From assembly GCA_951406725.2 (NCBI GenBank), contig OX597832.1, positions 7,998,001 to 8,062,000 on the forward strand: a stretch of 64,000 nucleotides of DNA, in the 5' to 3' direction. Position numbers and translations under genes: made by a program. Each line of letters begins with the position of its first letter. Position 1 is the first letter of the stretch. Source of the stretch: Octopus vulgaris (lineage: Eukaryota). Below are positions 40,919 through 54,709 of the stretch, piece after piece. The notes under the pieces are model-generated. The model was not told the origin of the DNA. It made no database searches and saw only the letters and a program-made list of their open reading frames with translations.

Positions 40919-41200
40919 ATTTCAGCGTGGAAGGTGTTTATAAGCCATTTAAAAACACACAAAATCCTGTTAGGTTCACTACACTTCAACTTAGAAATTT
41001 AATGTGTGTCAAAATATTCTCATCACCTTGAAGAAGCCATGACCTGTTTACTGACAACACACGACGTTTTTCAGTGAACAGGTTGCGTTTCTGATACAAA
41101 TTAGATTTAAATGTTGAAGTAAATTTAACAGTTTATTGAGTATTTTAAACACCTTGCACGCTGCAATAGTTTTTTTTATCGGCGCACGATCTCAAACGTA
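40919..41200. mobile_element. Foldback repeat family F (copy 2)
   Basis: CAGCGTGGAAGGTGTTTA ... TAAACACCTTGCACGCTG arms; centre near 41060-41070. Confidence 0.75.
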
Positions 41201-41203
41201 CTA

Positions 41204-41347
<144 letters not shown>

Positions 41348-41477
41348 CATACTCATTTTGATTTCCAATGTGCATTTTCGTTTATTTTTTTCTTACTTTC
41401 CCCTTACATTACCGCGTGTAGTTTCTATTTTCTTTTTATAACATATTTCCATTATATATATATATATGTGTGTGTGT

Positions 41478-41768
41478 GGAGGCGCAATGGCCCAGCGGTT
41501 AGGGCAGCGGACTCGTAGTTGTAGGATAGGCGGTTTCGATTCCTAGACCGGGCGTTGTGAGTACTTATCGAGCGAAAACACCAAAACGCTTCGGCAGAGG
41601 GCGATCCCAGCTGTACTCTTTCGCCACAAATTTTTCTCACTCTTTCTTCTGTTGGTCTCTGGCTTAGCCAGCGGGGTGGCGTCATTTGAAGGCTAAACCA
41701 ATGCGAAGTGCATTGTGACCAGCGATGTGTAGCAACATCTGATAGCTTGGTCGGTCACGGTGATCAGG

Positions 41769-41773
<5 letters not shown>
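41478..41773 (+). mobile_element. SINE family C, full length with RTE-like tail
   Basis: tRNA head as 36699; ends TGTGACCAGCGATGT..TCGGTCACGGTGATCAGGGTGAT; flanked by (TG)n/(TA)n. Confidence 0.88.
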
Positions 41774-41833
<60 letters not shown>

Positions 41834-41916
41834 TCATATATATGTATGTATATATGCACGTGTGTATATATATCTATGTCTATCTATACACACACACACG
41901 CTCCAAAATTTATGTA

Positions 41917-42532
41917 CAAGTGGTGATATAAAAAAGTTCACGGAGTAGTTCTGTAGCGCACCAACAGATGGTAGTACACCATTGCGTGCTCAACAAGTGC
42001 TTGCAGCGACCATAATGAGGTAGTGTACCTAGTGACATCGCTGTGTTTACTTTGCAAGTAGTAACATTTTTTTATTTTTGATCTCATGTACGCTGTAGTC
42101 TGCGATGTTTGTCAGAGAGAGGAAAAAAGAACCAACGTGAAATTTTGCGCTAAACTAGGGAAGTTTGCTACAGAGAGATTGAATTTGTTTGGGTAAGCTT
42201 ACGGCGATGAGGCAATGGGTCGTACGAAATGTTTTGAGTGGACTGTTCACGACGACAATCCACCCTCTTGTCGAGCTCTTATCACTCGTGGGTTTCTTGC
42301 CAAACACCCACCTCTATCCAGCAGATTTGTCACCTTCAGACTTCCATCTTTTCCACGAGATGAAAATACAGCTCAAAGGTCTACATTTAAACACCGTTGT
42401 GGACATCAAGGGTGAATCGCAGAAGGTCCTCGATTCGCTTACGAAGAGATGCTCTTAAAACTTCGAAAAATTTGTTTTTTTTTAATCATCACAATTAGTC
42501 TGGGAATTCGGGACTTATTTCATACCATCTCG
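41917..42532 (+). mobile_element. Mariner, heavily internally deleted
   Basis: EKRTNVKFCAKLGK..AYGDEAMGRTKCFEW fused directly to VHDDNPPS..YPADLSPSDFHLF..MK..LKG; degenerate TIRs flanked by TA. Confidence 0.82.
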
Positions 42533-42542
42533 TATATGTATG

Positions 42543-42592
<50 letters not shown>

Positions 42593-43149
42593 CATACATA
42601 TATATACATTTAAATATATATGTATATATACGTAGAAATATATATAAGTATATGTATATATATATATATATATATTTGTAAAAAATGAAGTTCGAAAATG
42701 CTGCTGTATTATACAATTTTTTATTTTTATATATACATTATAACATGTTTCAGTTCCTGAAATGAACCTTATCAAAAAAAGTTATATATATAAAAAGACA
42801 GCTCATGCCGTCAAACACAAGAAATTCATTTATAATACACAACGGAGTCAGACATCTTAGAGTTCATGTATAGTTGATATATAGTTCATGTATAGTTGAT
42901 ATATAGTTTGAAGTATATGTTCAAAGTGTTCGATGCAGTGGCCCACGGTGGCGATACGTATTCAATACAAAAAACAGATCAAAGTGGTGGAAAGCGGTCA
43001 ATACAGAAGATTGATGTTTCCGAAAGAGCGAGGAATTCATTTTTACCTTAAGCAATTGTGATGACCCATGGTGGAAGTTCGCTGGGTGGTTCTAGTGAGT
43101 TTTTGTGAAATGCTCGGTTTTATAATGCCTGTTAGGTGGTCAATCTAGC

Positions 43150-43590
43150 GTAGCGTGACGTCATCAATGTTTTGACCAATCGTTTCGTTAGGTGGCTTTA
43201 ATCAAGTAGAACGGGACGTCATCATTATTTTGACCAATCGCTGCATTATAACTCCCTCTTGTTTGTTTCCTGTTTTGACCAGTCGCTTCGTTAGTCAAGT
43301 AGAACGGGACGTCATCATTATTTTGACCAATCGCTGCATTATATCTGCCTCTTGTTTGTTTCCTGTTTTGACCAGTCGCTTCGTTAGTCAAGCAGAGCGG
43401 GACGTCATCCAGATTCTGCCCAATCACGACTTATAGCTACATTAGATCTGCCCCCTGTCTGTACTTGTTAGGTGACTATTCAAGCAGAAAAGGACGTCAT
43501 CAATATTCTGACTAATGACAGTCCCCTGTTTGTATCCTGTCCATTCTAGCAGAGCTAGACGTCATCAACTTGTTGACCAATCAGAATCGG
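43150..43590 (+). repeat. Tandem array of GACGTCA-N12-CCAAT modules (units 58-93 bp)
   Basis: GACGTCA at 43157, 43215, 43308, 43401, 43493, 43558; CCAAT (one CTAAT) at 43176, 43234, 43327, 43420, 43512, 43577. Confidence 0.9.
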
Positions 43591-43698
43591 GTCTGACCCT
43601 TAGCTGTATCGTGTGTATCAGGGTCAGATTTGCACGAAAGAATTTTTTTCCTTTTTTACTAAGGCATATTTCCGTCAGAGTGAGTGTCTGTTTGATGT

Positions 43699-43766
<68 letters not shown>

Positions 43767-43771
43767 ATATA

Positions 43772-43900
43772 TCAGCCGAAATTGCGAGGATGATCCGGTT
43801 CTTGACTGAAGATTAGTGGCTTCGAATGACCCGTCCGTTTTTTTGCGTCGTCTGTTTGAATGTTTTGCGTTCTTGCCCTATTTTGTATTTTTATATATAT
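43772..43900 (+). mobile_element. Short interspersed repeat, homologous to 61380-61660 (-)
   Basis: TCAGCCGAAATTGCGAGGAT.ATC.GGT.CTTGACTGAAGA..CTTCGAATGACCCGT shared. Confidence 0.75.
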
Positions 43901-43914
43901 TATATTATATATTA

Positions 43915-43977
<63 letters not shown>

Positions 43978-44009
43978 CATTGTGAACTCTGACAAATTAT
44001 TCATCCTTA

Positions 44010-44900
44010 ACACTTGTAACTCTGCTGGTGACTAATAAGTCCATTTCTTGACAAATATACACGTCCTTCGATATCGAAGAAATTGCTTCCTCTTTTCACT
44101 ACACTAGCGATGCCTTTTCTATTATCTCGATTAAATTTTGTAAGAAAACATGCGGAAATTTTCGAAAATACTCACTCGTTTATTTACTGGTTTTCTCTAT
44201 AGATGGCGATGACGAGAATCACTTTTCCAAGTGACCTTCCATATTTTCCATGCCTTCAAGGAGAATATAACACAATTCTTAAATCTTAGACTCGGTTTCC
44301 GGTGGATGAACTTTCCATAAAGAACTTAATATATGTCATCTCCTTAGGGATCTCTCCATCGCCCATCTTAGCGATCTCTCCATCGTCCTCTCTAGAGATA
44401 ATTGATTAGAAGTAAACACGCGGCTCGTGCTGACTCGTTCTATTATGATTACCGATAAGAGATTTTTCATTCTGAGTCTTGACTTTTAATTACTTCACAG
44501 AATTTAGAGTAGAAACTTCGTATATTTTTGTTCGTTTTCACCATGTGGTTGCTGGTTGCTCCAGCATGGTCGCAGTTAAATGACTGAAACGTGTAAAAGA
44601 ATAAAAAAATACACCTTGTAATTTTATTTAACTGTCCAATTTGGTAGCATAGAATTCTTGTTTCTCTGAATTCACGTAATATAACTGGATGGCGTTGGCA
44701 GTGTTCTGAGTAAGCACAATCGTTCAGAAACTGGTATTGTACTCAGTTACATGTTGCCAAACCTTTTGGTATAGTCTCTTGCGATTTCGTCAATAATTTT
44801 TACATTCAGAGTGATTGATATTTTCCCTATTCTCGTCAAAGGAAAGTCTGTTATAATGGAAAGCTCGGAGGTACCAGAAAAAAGAATACGTATAGTCTTA
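44010..44900 (-). mobile_element. RTE (BovB-like) LINE 3' relic
   Basis: VLYGK..KPSLRFKNCV..SLKAWKI...W..; GRVYLSRNGLISHQQS (cf. CGR.C.SRIGL.SH.R); RLYQKVWQ upstream; interrupted by a SINE-A tail at ~44550-44610. Confidence 0.6.
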
Positions 44901-45744
44901 AAACTGTATGTATTCTTCGGCCATCCTTTTTTGAGATATGCGGATATATATGTAAGTTGTTCTGTGGTGGTGATAGCAATGCCGCTCTTTTAAAAAAAGT
45001 TTATCGGTCTCTATAGTAGTTTTTGACAGAATGCCTTTTAGAGGCGCAACCCACAACTATTTAGATAACGTTTGATATCTGAGACAACGGTTTTCCGACC
45101 GGAGACATATATCTCTTGTCGTAGCTATTTAGTCGTGAAAATGTGTTATGTTTGGTTGAGATTCGTCCTAATATTTTGTTCACCCCTTCATATAGCGTTC
45201 GAACGTTCTTCATGAGTTTTTTCACAACGTCAGAGAAAAATCTTGATTTTAATTCAAAGATCAAATGAAAAGAGATTACTAACGTTTTTGAAGAAAACTT
45301 AGAGACGTAACAGAACTGTAAATATCGATATTAATGTTTTTGTTCTCAATGTCAGCATTGATAGTAAATAAAGACTGCTATGAGCTTAGTACTATTTCTT
45401 TAAAATCCAGTCAGAATTATATTAAGTTAGTGAACAAAAGGTGTTCTGATTTTTAAAAGACGAGAAACAAATGAAAAGACAACTTGCGGATGTAGGCTTG
45501 GTTACGTGGGAATATAGCGTTAGTAAAACTTCGAAAAGACACGTTGTAGATAATCCTTTGCATCTACATTTTTGTTGTCGAGTGAAACATGCACACACAC
45601 AGAGGTACACAAACACAGAGGCACATACATGCACGCACACCAGATACACAAATACACACACACAGGCACACACATCATGCTTTTATGTACATGTAATAAC
45701 TTCGCGGTTCGGCAAAAGTGCCAGGTAGATTAAGCAGGCCTATT

Positions 45745-46095
45745 TTAGGAGTTGGAGACAAAGAGAATAGAAAGTGTCAGCTAATTGACTTTACTGTCCC
45801 GAATGATGGGGAAGTCAATAGGAGATGTATAAAGAAAATAACGATGGACCAGCACTTAGCCACTGAGTTACAGACGTTGTGGAAAGTGCGGGTAAAATGT
45901 ATCCTTGTAGTTATATGTGCATTAGGAACTGTTCCTAAAGATTTGAAAAGACGAATACAGTAAAAAGGCATGAAACATCTTAATACTTTCTCTTTATCAC
46001 ACACCAAGTCTCAGACTGGCTCAGAAAAGAAGAAAGAAACATTAAACAAGGGGATTGCAAAATACTTCGGCTGAGACTGAAAAGAGTTACGCAAG
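45745..46095 (+). mobile_element. R4/Dong-clade RLE domain remnant
   Basis: DKENRKCQLIDFTVPND..LATELQTLWKVRVKCILVVICALGTVPKDLK (ORF 45718..45963). Confidence 0.8.
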
Positions 46096-47788
46096 TATGA
46101 TTAGAGGAGTGGAAGAGGTTGTATGATATATAATTTGACGTAAAATACAACAAAAGTTTAAGCAGAAATAAGAAATGTATGATATGACAATAAATTAAAA
46201 TGCCATTTATATAAACAGTTAACAGCAATTGCTTTAACCTTGACACTCTGAATTCGTAACCATGCTCCACAATACTGGCGCCATACGTTGTCTAGCGCTA
46301 GAGGTTCTACTAATATCTTGTGTGAGGAGTTATTGTGTAACGTTGTGCTTGTGAGGGAGGACACATTTTAGATGCTTGAGATAGATGGTATTGAAATGTG
46401 GTCCAATTTTCTTTCTGCTTGGATATTCTTTGTGCATAATGTGTAGAAAATGTTTGGTTCAGATTGGGAGCTAGTCACATTCCGCAGTTTATTTGCTCGT
46501 TTTCATAAATATTTTCATAAATATCTCATTAATCTTCGCTCGGAATAATGGATTTTTCACAGGAAGTGTGCTCTATCCTTTGTTTAGCTTTTTGCTTTAT
46601 ACCCGTTGAGTTTTATTTCGGTACATTGTTATTGAACGTTTTGTTAATTACATCGGTATTCATCCGTTCGCCATCCTTATAAACGGTGATATGCTTTCGA
46701 CTGGCATCTCTATGTCCATAACACGTCTCATAACCTCGCAAAAGCCACTAAAATACCAAGACATTTAAGTGCTGATTAGAAACCCGTATATCTTAGCATC
46801 CAATTTCCAAGACCTCGGCGTTTCATATGTGAATAAAAATCTAAAAGCATTCTGCAGAGAAGTAAAAGAACAAAGCCAGCAGCAATCAAATGTTAGGCCT
46901 CAGGCAAAATAAAAGTACGTTTCTTCAGTCGATAAATGAAATTTCTCTGTCTTCATTCACAGAAGTGACCATTCTTCAAGCTGAAGTCAGCACAGACAAT
47001 GAGAAACATCCATTGCATCAAGTAGAAAAGCTAGCACCTAACGTTCCTTGACGTTCTTATAAAAGCGAAGAATGTTAAATATAGAATTGAGAATAATTAA
47101 ACAAATAACTCCAACGCCAACATAGGCGAGACTAAGAATAATAAATACCGTAAATAATTAATAGCAAATATTGATAGATTGGTAACTAGTAAAGAAATTA
47201 GAAAGCAATGACAATTGGAAATTTATTGCGTTCATGGAAAAAAAAAACAGCCAGATAGATTGATAGGTAGAAATAAAAAGACACAGATGATGAAAATGGA
47301 TAAAAAAAATTAAAATTTAAAAGAAAATTATTTAAACTAGAATGTAAATGAGAATAACAACGTTTAATTGAGACTGCAATGGAGGCTCGAGTAAGTTATA
47401 TGAACAAAAATAAATACATAAAAAGATTTATATAACAAAAGTTTGTGAATCATATGAACAAGAAACAGGAAATGAAAAAAAGAAACAAAAGAAAAAACTT
47501 TGAAATTAAATGTCACAGATAAGCATTGATTTATGACAATATTAATAGAAGAAATAATTACAGTGTTGTAAGGGAAGACTTAAGATAAAGCTGAAGGAAA
47601 TGTATGTGAGAGAAGACAACAATAACAACAATAACAACAAGAAGAAAAAGCAACACATATGATCACAAATGAGTGAGCAAAACAGCGAGCATGTTTGAAC
47701 TGAAGAGAAATTTGACAAAGAGATGAAGGGGCTGTTGACATTTGGAGAAAGAAGTAGTGTAGAAGTAGGAACTGAAAAAGAAAGACTG

Positions 47789-47829
<41 letters not shown>

Positions 47830-48296
47830 TGAAGGAAGCGGAGAAGACGAAGAAGAAGAGGAATGAGAAGAAGAAGAGGAAGGAGTAGAAGAAGAAGATG
47901 AAGGAGGCGGAGAAGACGAAGAACAAAAAGAAGAAGGAGAAGGGGGGAGGATGAAGAAGAAGAGGAGGGGGAGGAGGAAGAGAATGAGGAAGAAGAGAAG
48001 GAGGAAGTAGAAGAAGAGAAGGAGGAAAAAGAGGAGAAGGAGGAAGAAGAAGAGTAGGAGGAAGAAGAAGAGTAGGAGGAAAAAGAAGAGTAGGAGGAAG
48101 AAGAAGAGTAGGGGGAAAAGAAGAGTAGGAGGAAAAAGAAGAGTAGGAGGAGGAAGAAGAAGAAGAGAAGGAGACGAGGAGGAGGAAGAAGAAGAAGAAG
48201 AAGAAGAAGAAGAAGAAAAAGCAGAAGAAGAAGAAGAAGAAAAAGAGAAGGAAGAAGAAGAAGAAGAAAAAGAGAAGGAAGAAGAAGAAGAAGAAG

Positions 48297-48326
<30 letters not shown>
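47789..48326. repeat. (TAG)n followed by ~500-bp (GAA/GGA)n polypurine tract
   Basis: Direct observation. Confidence 0.95.
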
Positions 48327-48327
<1 letters not shown>

Positions 48328-48914
48328 TGTAGCAGATGAAATAGAGGAAGGGTTATTCGAAATGAAAATGCAAGCAGAGACGTAGACAACAGAATGAAGA
48401 TATTGAGAAATGAAAAAATGAAAGAATGAATGAAAACAAAGTCAAGAGTGAGATGAAGGAAAATATGAAAAGAAAGAGGAAAACTAAAATTGCGAAGAAA
48501 ATAATGAAAAAGTGTGGTGAATAGAAACGGGAAAAAATAAGAGAATGTAGAATGGACAATGATATTTTTCGCGATGAAGCCAGGTCAATAGAAAGAAAAG
48601 ACCAAAAAATGAAAATATCGCAGAAAAGTGAAGAAAGAATGGAATTCAAGACGGTGGCATAGTGATTAGACAGAATCTCAGAAAAAAATAGAAACATAAA
48701 GCGAATAAAATGAGTATAAAACAAACGAAAAATGAAGAAAATAAGTCAGAATATAAAATGTAGAAAAGGCTTTTTTCTGAGAGAGAAGAAAAAATAAAGA
48801 TAACACCGGTGTGTAACTTTGTAAAATACTAATATTCTAGTTTCAGCCGTTGAACTGTGACCCTAATGTTCCTGCTCTTTCAAGGGCATAGCTGTAGTTG
48901 TTTGTATATCGATT

Positions 48915-49103
48915 TGAAATTTTGGCCCAAGGCCAGTAACGTCGGGTGAGGGAGAAAGTCAATTTCATCAACCCCAGAACTTAACTGGTACCTATTTTAT
49001 CAACTCTGAAATGACGACAGGCGAAACCAACCTCGGCTGAATTTGAACTCAAAAAGTAAGGACGGACGAAATGCTGCATGATAACGATTCTGCCAGCTCG
49101 CCG
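48915..49103 (-). mobile_element. SINE family B, diverged
   Basis: AACTGGTAC..TATTTTATC..AATTTGAACTC..AACGATTCTGCCAGCTCGCCG. Confidence 0.75.
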
Positions 49104-51216
49104 ATTTGTATTTCTTTATCGATCTCAGTATTGCAGGCTGGGAAAGAATGAATAATAAAGTTGATCTAGCCTTTATCTGAACTGAAGATATAAAGATTCC
49201 TAAACCCTAAACCTCAAAATATTTTCTTCCACAAGATACACATTCAGCGGATTCTGCACACCAACTCAGCCTCAAGAAATATATGAATGCATATATGAAA
49301 TATAAAATTAAGGAATAAGAAATATATAACATTATTGAAAACAAGTTGGGGAAATCCTTGAAGTATCTTCTTATCGCTATGTTGCAAAGCAAAGTTGAGG
49401 TAGCAATATGATCCTCCTAAATGTGTCTCTCGGCATATGCTCAAAATGAACAAAAAATGACGACGCCAAAAAATTGGAAATTGTTATACAGTATGGGCAT
49501 TAGATTCCCACTACTCGCATCTGTCTGGGAAGTCCCACAAACATCAGTGTTTTGAAAGCATTCAGCTATCATCAATATGTATTTAGCAGCTTTTTTGTGG
49601 GATAATTTGCTGAGAAGAATCCAGATTATCAACTTGAATCCATTTTTATTGCGCTCTATTGAAGTCGAAGCCATGCTTTTGGGTCGGATGAACTGAATAG
49701 CGTTGCATCAGCATGTTATGAACAATGTCTATGTAAATTACTAACTGATTCGATAGAACTACCACCCTTCACTTTTGGTTCTTGTCATTGGTACTAGGCA
49801 CCAATTCTAGAAAATGACAGTAAATATCAGCGCCCCCAGCTTCATTACAGCATCTGCAAGTGATAAGGTCTTCCATATGTGCATATAGTCCTTGGATCTT
49901 ACCCTTATATATATACGCAATTAAGCTCATAAACGCAAAACAAAGTTGAGAAAATAGTACAGCTTTAATAAAAGTATACATATATACATATGTGTATGTA
50001 TGTGTGTGTATGTGCAGCCCAGTAATGAGTTATGTATACTATACTTAGACTTCTCCAATTCACCTTAACCCTCTTCATCAAATTCTGTGACTTGCGTTTC
50101 TGAAATGTGACAGTATTTTCATACAAAGTCACTGAGAAAATTGCCGTCCAGCAATCTTCTTATACCTTGTTCAGCAGTTTAACAATCAAATACTGGCAGA
50201 ATCTAAGCATCATAATTTACGTGGATTTTTTATGATACTTGAAATTCGTGCATCTTCGAGATCCGCCTCCTTTATTGTTGAGACTTCCTCCCATACAAAA
50301 GAGGCGCTATTGATGCTTTTTTTCTTCTTTCTAGATCGCATCCCGTGGGGCCTTTCAACAGAGAATGAAATAGCACCTAACTATAACTACTAACCTTTGT
50401 ATGTGTTTATTTTCCTCTCACACCCTTCTGGTGCTAGTACGATGATTCTTTATGACTCAATATCTGGTAACTGTTTCCCACGTATATTCCTCTATAGAGA
50501 AAATCTGAATATTATCGTTAAAACACCGGCTACAAAAGTGATGGGCTCTGCACTTCCTGTTCGGATCGCTGAATAAAAGATACAAAGGTAATTTGTACAC
50601 TGGCAACGGATCTATGCTCTCCGTTTATTTATTATGGATAGTTGGTAAAAAATAAATTCCTCACGATCGATAAACAATCAAATTAATGTATTAAATTATA
50701 TAAATTTAGTTCAATTTAGATTATTCTAGGATTGAATGCAGGAAAAACATTAGAAAGTGTGCGAGACGTATATAAAAATTTTGTGTAGATGAATACGTAT
50801 GTATGTGTATGAGTGTGAGGGTGTGTGTATGTGTATGTTCGTGTGTGACTGTGTATAACAATTATATATATATATATGTGTATGTATGTGTGTGTGTACG
50901 TATGTACGTATGGATAGATGGCTGGATGGATGTCTATATATGTATATATATGTTTATATATATATGTATGTATATATGTATATATATACATACATACATT
51001 GGTACACACACACATACATAGAGAGAGAGAAGAGAGAGAAAAAGAGAGATAGGGATTAAGTTTGTACGAAAATACAGTGTGCGCGTATGGAGTGTAAAGA
51101 CATAGAAAACGATAGAATGAATATAGTAACAATATAGGTGCACATATGAACTGTTAGTATATACAAGTGTGTTGTCTCTATAAACACACTCTATACAACT
51201 ATGTGTTTATCTATCA

Positions 51217-51270
<54 letters not shown>

Positions 51271-52129
51271 GTGTGTGTGTCTATGTATATGCATACACAC
51301 ACACACAGAGAAACATATGCATATATATATGTATATATATGTATGTATGTATGTATATATGTATATGCTAGAATTGTGTGTGGGTACATGATTTTATGCG
51401 TGGGTGTAAAGTAATTTATTCTTAATCTAAAGCTTGAGTTCTACCTATTTGTCAGGTAATATATGAAATTTCCAATCCCAACTCCAATTGAAATACATTT
51501 AGAATGCGTCGTAAAAATATTTCGAAACAAAAGCATATATAGTGAGATTCTTTTACATTATACGGAACAACATTACCATGAAACCCAACCATTGAGAATA
51601 TATAGTATAATGTAATAATTGAAATTGAAATCGTAATATTGCAGCGAACCAGACGGACCGAAACATTGTTTGGCTTTTGCAGATCTATTGAAATCAAAAT
51701 TTCAAATTCCATTAATTTGCTCCATCCTTGAAAATTTGGTGAAAAACTTCATTTTATTCTATTTTTATTAAAAATGTTTTCCGCACGTCTCTGCTTGTCT
51801 GTAGTTGTGGGACGTCACCGAAGCCGACACTTTCTACAGTACACTCATTTCAGAAGCTGCGATTTACTGATCGAATGCTTCGAGGTAGGACAGAATTATT
51901 AGCAAAAAGGGAAAGTAGATGTCAGTCTATGCCCCTGATTCGTTGGTAACGGAAGAGAATAGTTGTAATCGTCAGGACGATAGAGAATTTTATGAAGGCT
52001 ATCAGGGCAAAATAGCTGAAGCGACATGTGCAGAGACATCCGTGTAATAACTATTGCAATGGAATGGTCTAGCCACGTTCATTGTTATGCTTTGTATGAT
52101 AGTAACTTCTGATATTATAATTATTTCTA

Positions 52130-52322
52130 CTATAGACACAAGGTCTAAAGGGAGCTAGTCTTTTACACTGATCTACTGTTTCAACTGGTTCTTATTTTAC
52201 CAATTCCCAAAGGATGAAACACAATTCGACGTCGGCAGAATTTGAACTCAAAACATAAAAACAGACGAAATGCCGTAAAGCATTTTGCTCGGCGTACTAG
52301 CAATTCTGGCAGCCTGTTGCCA
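52130..52322 (-). mobile_element. SINE family B, diverged
   Basis: AAAGGATGAAA..TCGAC.TCGGCAGAATTTGAACTC..CAATTCTG.CAGC. Confidence 0.7.
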
Positions 52323-53426
52323 TAAAACTGATTCTATAATAATAGACCCCTGAGGTTAAGATATGTAAATAAAAAAAATAACATAACCGTAAATAAATAT
52401 GTGGAATTCTTATCACAAATTAGATGCAAATCCGTTATTGTAGCGATGATGCTACTTTTGATGAGATCGATGTTGTATATGAAAATGTAAAAAACTGTCC
52501 TTCCCTCTATTTCCATTTTATTATGTTTCTAGCTCTCTTCACCTTCTAACTACCTTAGCTATATCATATATCTCACTCGCTACTTATTCTATCATTCTGC
52601 TAATGAGCGTTATGCCTTTAATGAGATGGTAAAATTCGGAATCAGAGGAAAACTAGTAACAGTACATGCCATGAACGATATTAATTAAACCTAAGAGATG
52701 TGTGTATGTGTCAATATGTCGTAGAAGCATTTTTATTTGAAACGTCAGAATTTGTTTTTTCCTCGCGGCAACCAGACACTTTCACAACAACAAATTTCTT
52801 TGTGCAATATGTTGGATAAAGCAATATGTCTGATTAAATTTTTCTCACATGTTTACTTCCGACACCTTATATACCTGGTTAAAATCTTAACGTAGTTAAT
52901 AAACATATTAGTGATTCATTAGAACGGTTTATTCGACAGTATTTTTCAAACAGAATTTTTGGAAATACATGCCAATTTATGAACACAAATGTTTATACAA
53001 TTTACAAATAGATGTGTAAATAAAAAAAAAAAAAAGGATTCAATACTGGGTGGCGAATAATAATTGTGTAAATGATAAAGCTGAATAAATTCGTGTATAC
53101 ACTATCGCTATAATTTCATCTTTTAAATCATCAAAAATTAATCTTGAGAAATCATGACATGAAGCCACAAATATATAGATGTCTGGAATGTAGTCAACGT
53201 CATTCTTCATTTAGTTAAACAACGTTTAAGGCAATATACTAATATACTTTTTTTTATAAACCAGTAGAATTAATGTCACAGTAGAGCGTTGAGTTAAATC
53301 TCTTGTGGTATTAAGTTATAACAGTTTCAGTTTTCTGTTCCATTCATGACTGGGCAATCTTTCCTTTCAACACTCAAGGACCAATAAAGTAAATATCTTT
53401 TATTATTATCATTCTTATTATCAAAA

Positions 53427-53745
53427 AGGCAGTGAATTCGGAGAATCATTAGCACGCCGGGGAAATGCTTAGCGGCATTTCGTCAGTTCGACTTTACATT
53501 ACATAATTTTGGGGTCGATAAAATAAGTACCATTTGCGCACTGGGGTCAAGGTATTCGTGTATTTCCGCCCTTACATTTTCAGGCCTTTTGTGTATATTA
53601 GAAAGGATTATTATTAAAATGGTGATGAGCTGGCAGAATCGTTATCTCATAGGCAGACATACTTAGCCGTATTTCGGGCTTTTCACGTTCTGAATTCAAG
53701 TCCAGCAGCAGACCGCTTAATCTTTCCTTTTTCAGGATCGGTAAG
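53427..53745 (+). mobile_element. Two tandem degraded SINE family B copies
   Basis: TTAGCACGCCGGG.AAATGCTTAGCGG; GGGGTCGATAAAATAAGTACC; second head GAGCTGGCAGAATCGTTA at ~53627. Confidence 0.7.
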
Positions 53746-54709
53746 AGAATGTTCAAAGCAGATACTGGGTATCTCATGGGTACATTCAGTTGGCTAAAAG
53801 TAATCTTCTATAAATTCACGGATTTTAGTGAAAGGAATGTGTACAATAGGAAACGAAATATAGCGAGGATGAGAGAAACTGCAAGCGAGTTTCTGTTCCC
53901 TCTTGAAGATGTGAATTTTACAAAGTTCCAAACGATAGGTTTATGAAGATATGATAAAGAGGGAGTTCGACAGAATATCGTGAAGATACGAGAAATAAGC
54001 AGATCTGCATGAACATGGAATGAACTTGAGAGTAATCATGGATACGTACGTAGATAAAAACACGATGGCTTACATCTCTCGAAGTTGCGCTGCTGAAGAT
54101 ATGAGTAATGTAATTTTCTAAGTTATGGAGACTATAATGATGATGATGATGATGTTGATCACGATAATCATCTCGATGACTAGCATATGCTGATGAAGAC
54201 ATAAAGAATAGACACCTGGATTATTTTGATGACGAAAGGAGGATTAAACACGTAGAGATGATTTCCGTGATTGGGATACAAAAAAACCTTCTAAAATTGT
54301 AAACTGTATTCTTGGAATTTTTTTGCAGCTTGTCAAAACTAATCAAATTGATTCATAGTGAAATGCTTGTTAACATCAACAACGCTACTGATATGAACAT
54401 AGGGGACTACATTAAGCTATGTATATCACACTTTAATCTGCTTGGGGGTGATTTGAGAAAGAGTTGTGTGCCTTTTGTCGTCAACCAAGAAAACATGTAA
54501 TCTATAATACTTGGCCGTTTTCTCGACTGGCATACTCTTCGTTTTTGCAACCGGCCCAAACTCAGTCCCAATAACTCAGACCTATGCATCAAAAGCATTC
54601 TAATATAACTATACCGTCATATTTTCTAGCGTAAAAAATTCACCCATCCCATAAGGTTTTGGATTATTTTTAAGTGATCGTTTTCAATTTGATAGATTTT
54701 TGTCCGCTG

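Noticed and set aside
43150-43590. CRISPR-like array
   Set aside because: Spacers are homologous to each other, context is eukaryotic and there are no cas genes.
47580-48389. 269-aa Leu/Ser/Phe ORF
   Set aside because: Antisense of the (GAA)n tract.
49441-49700. hAT C-terminal dimerisation relic on the minus strand
   Set aside because: Only faint resemblance (WILL..F.NTDVC); not enough to call.
51854-51884. 31-nt micro-exon (TTTCAG|...GAG|GTAGGA)
   Set aside because: Splice-like signals alone occur by chance; no partner exons or recognisable peptide.
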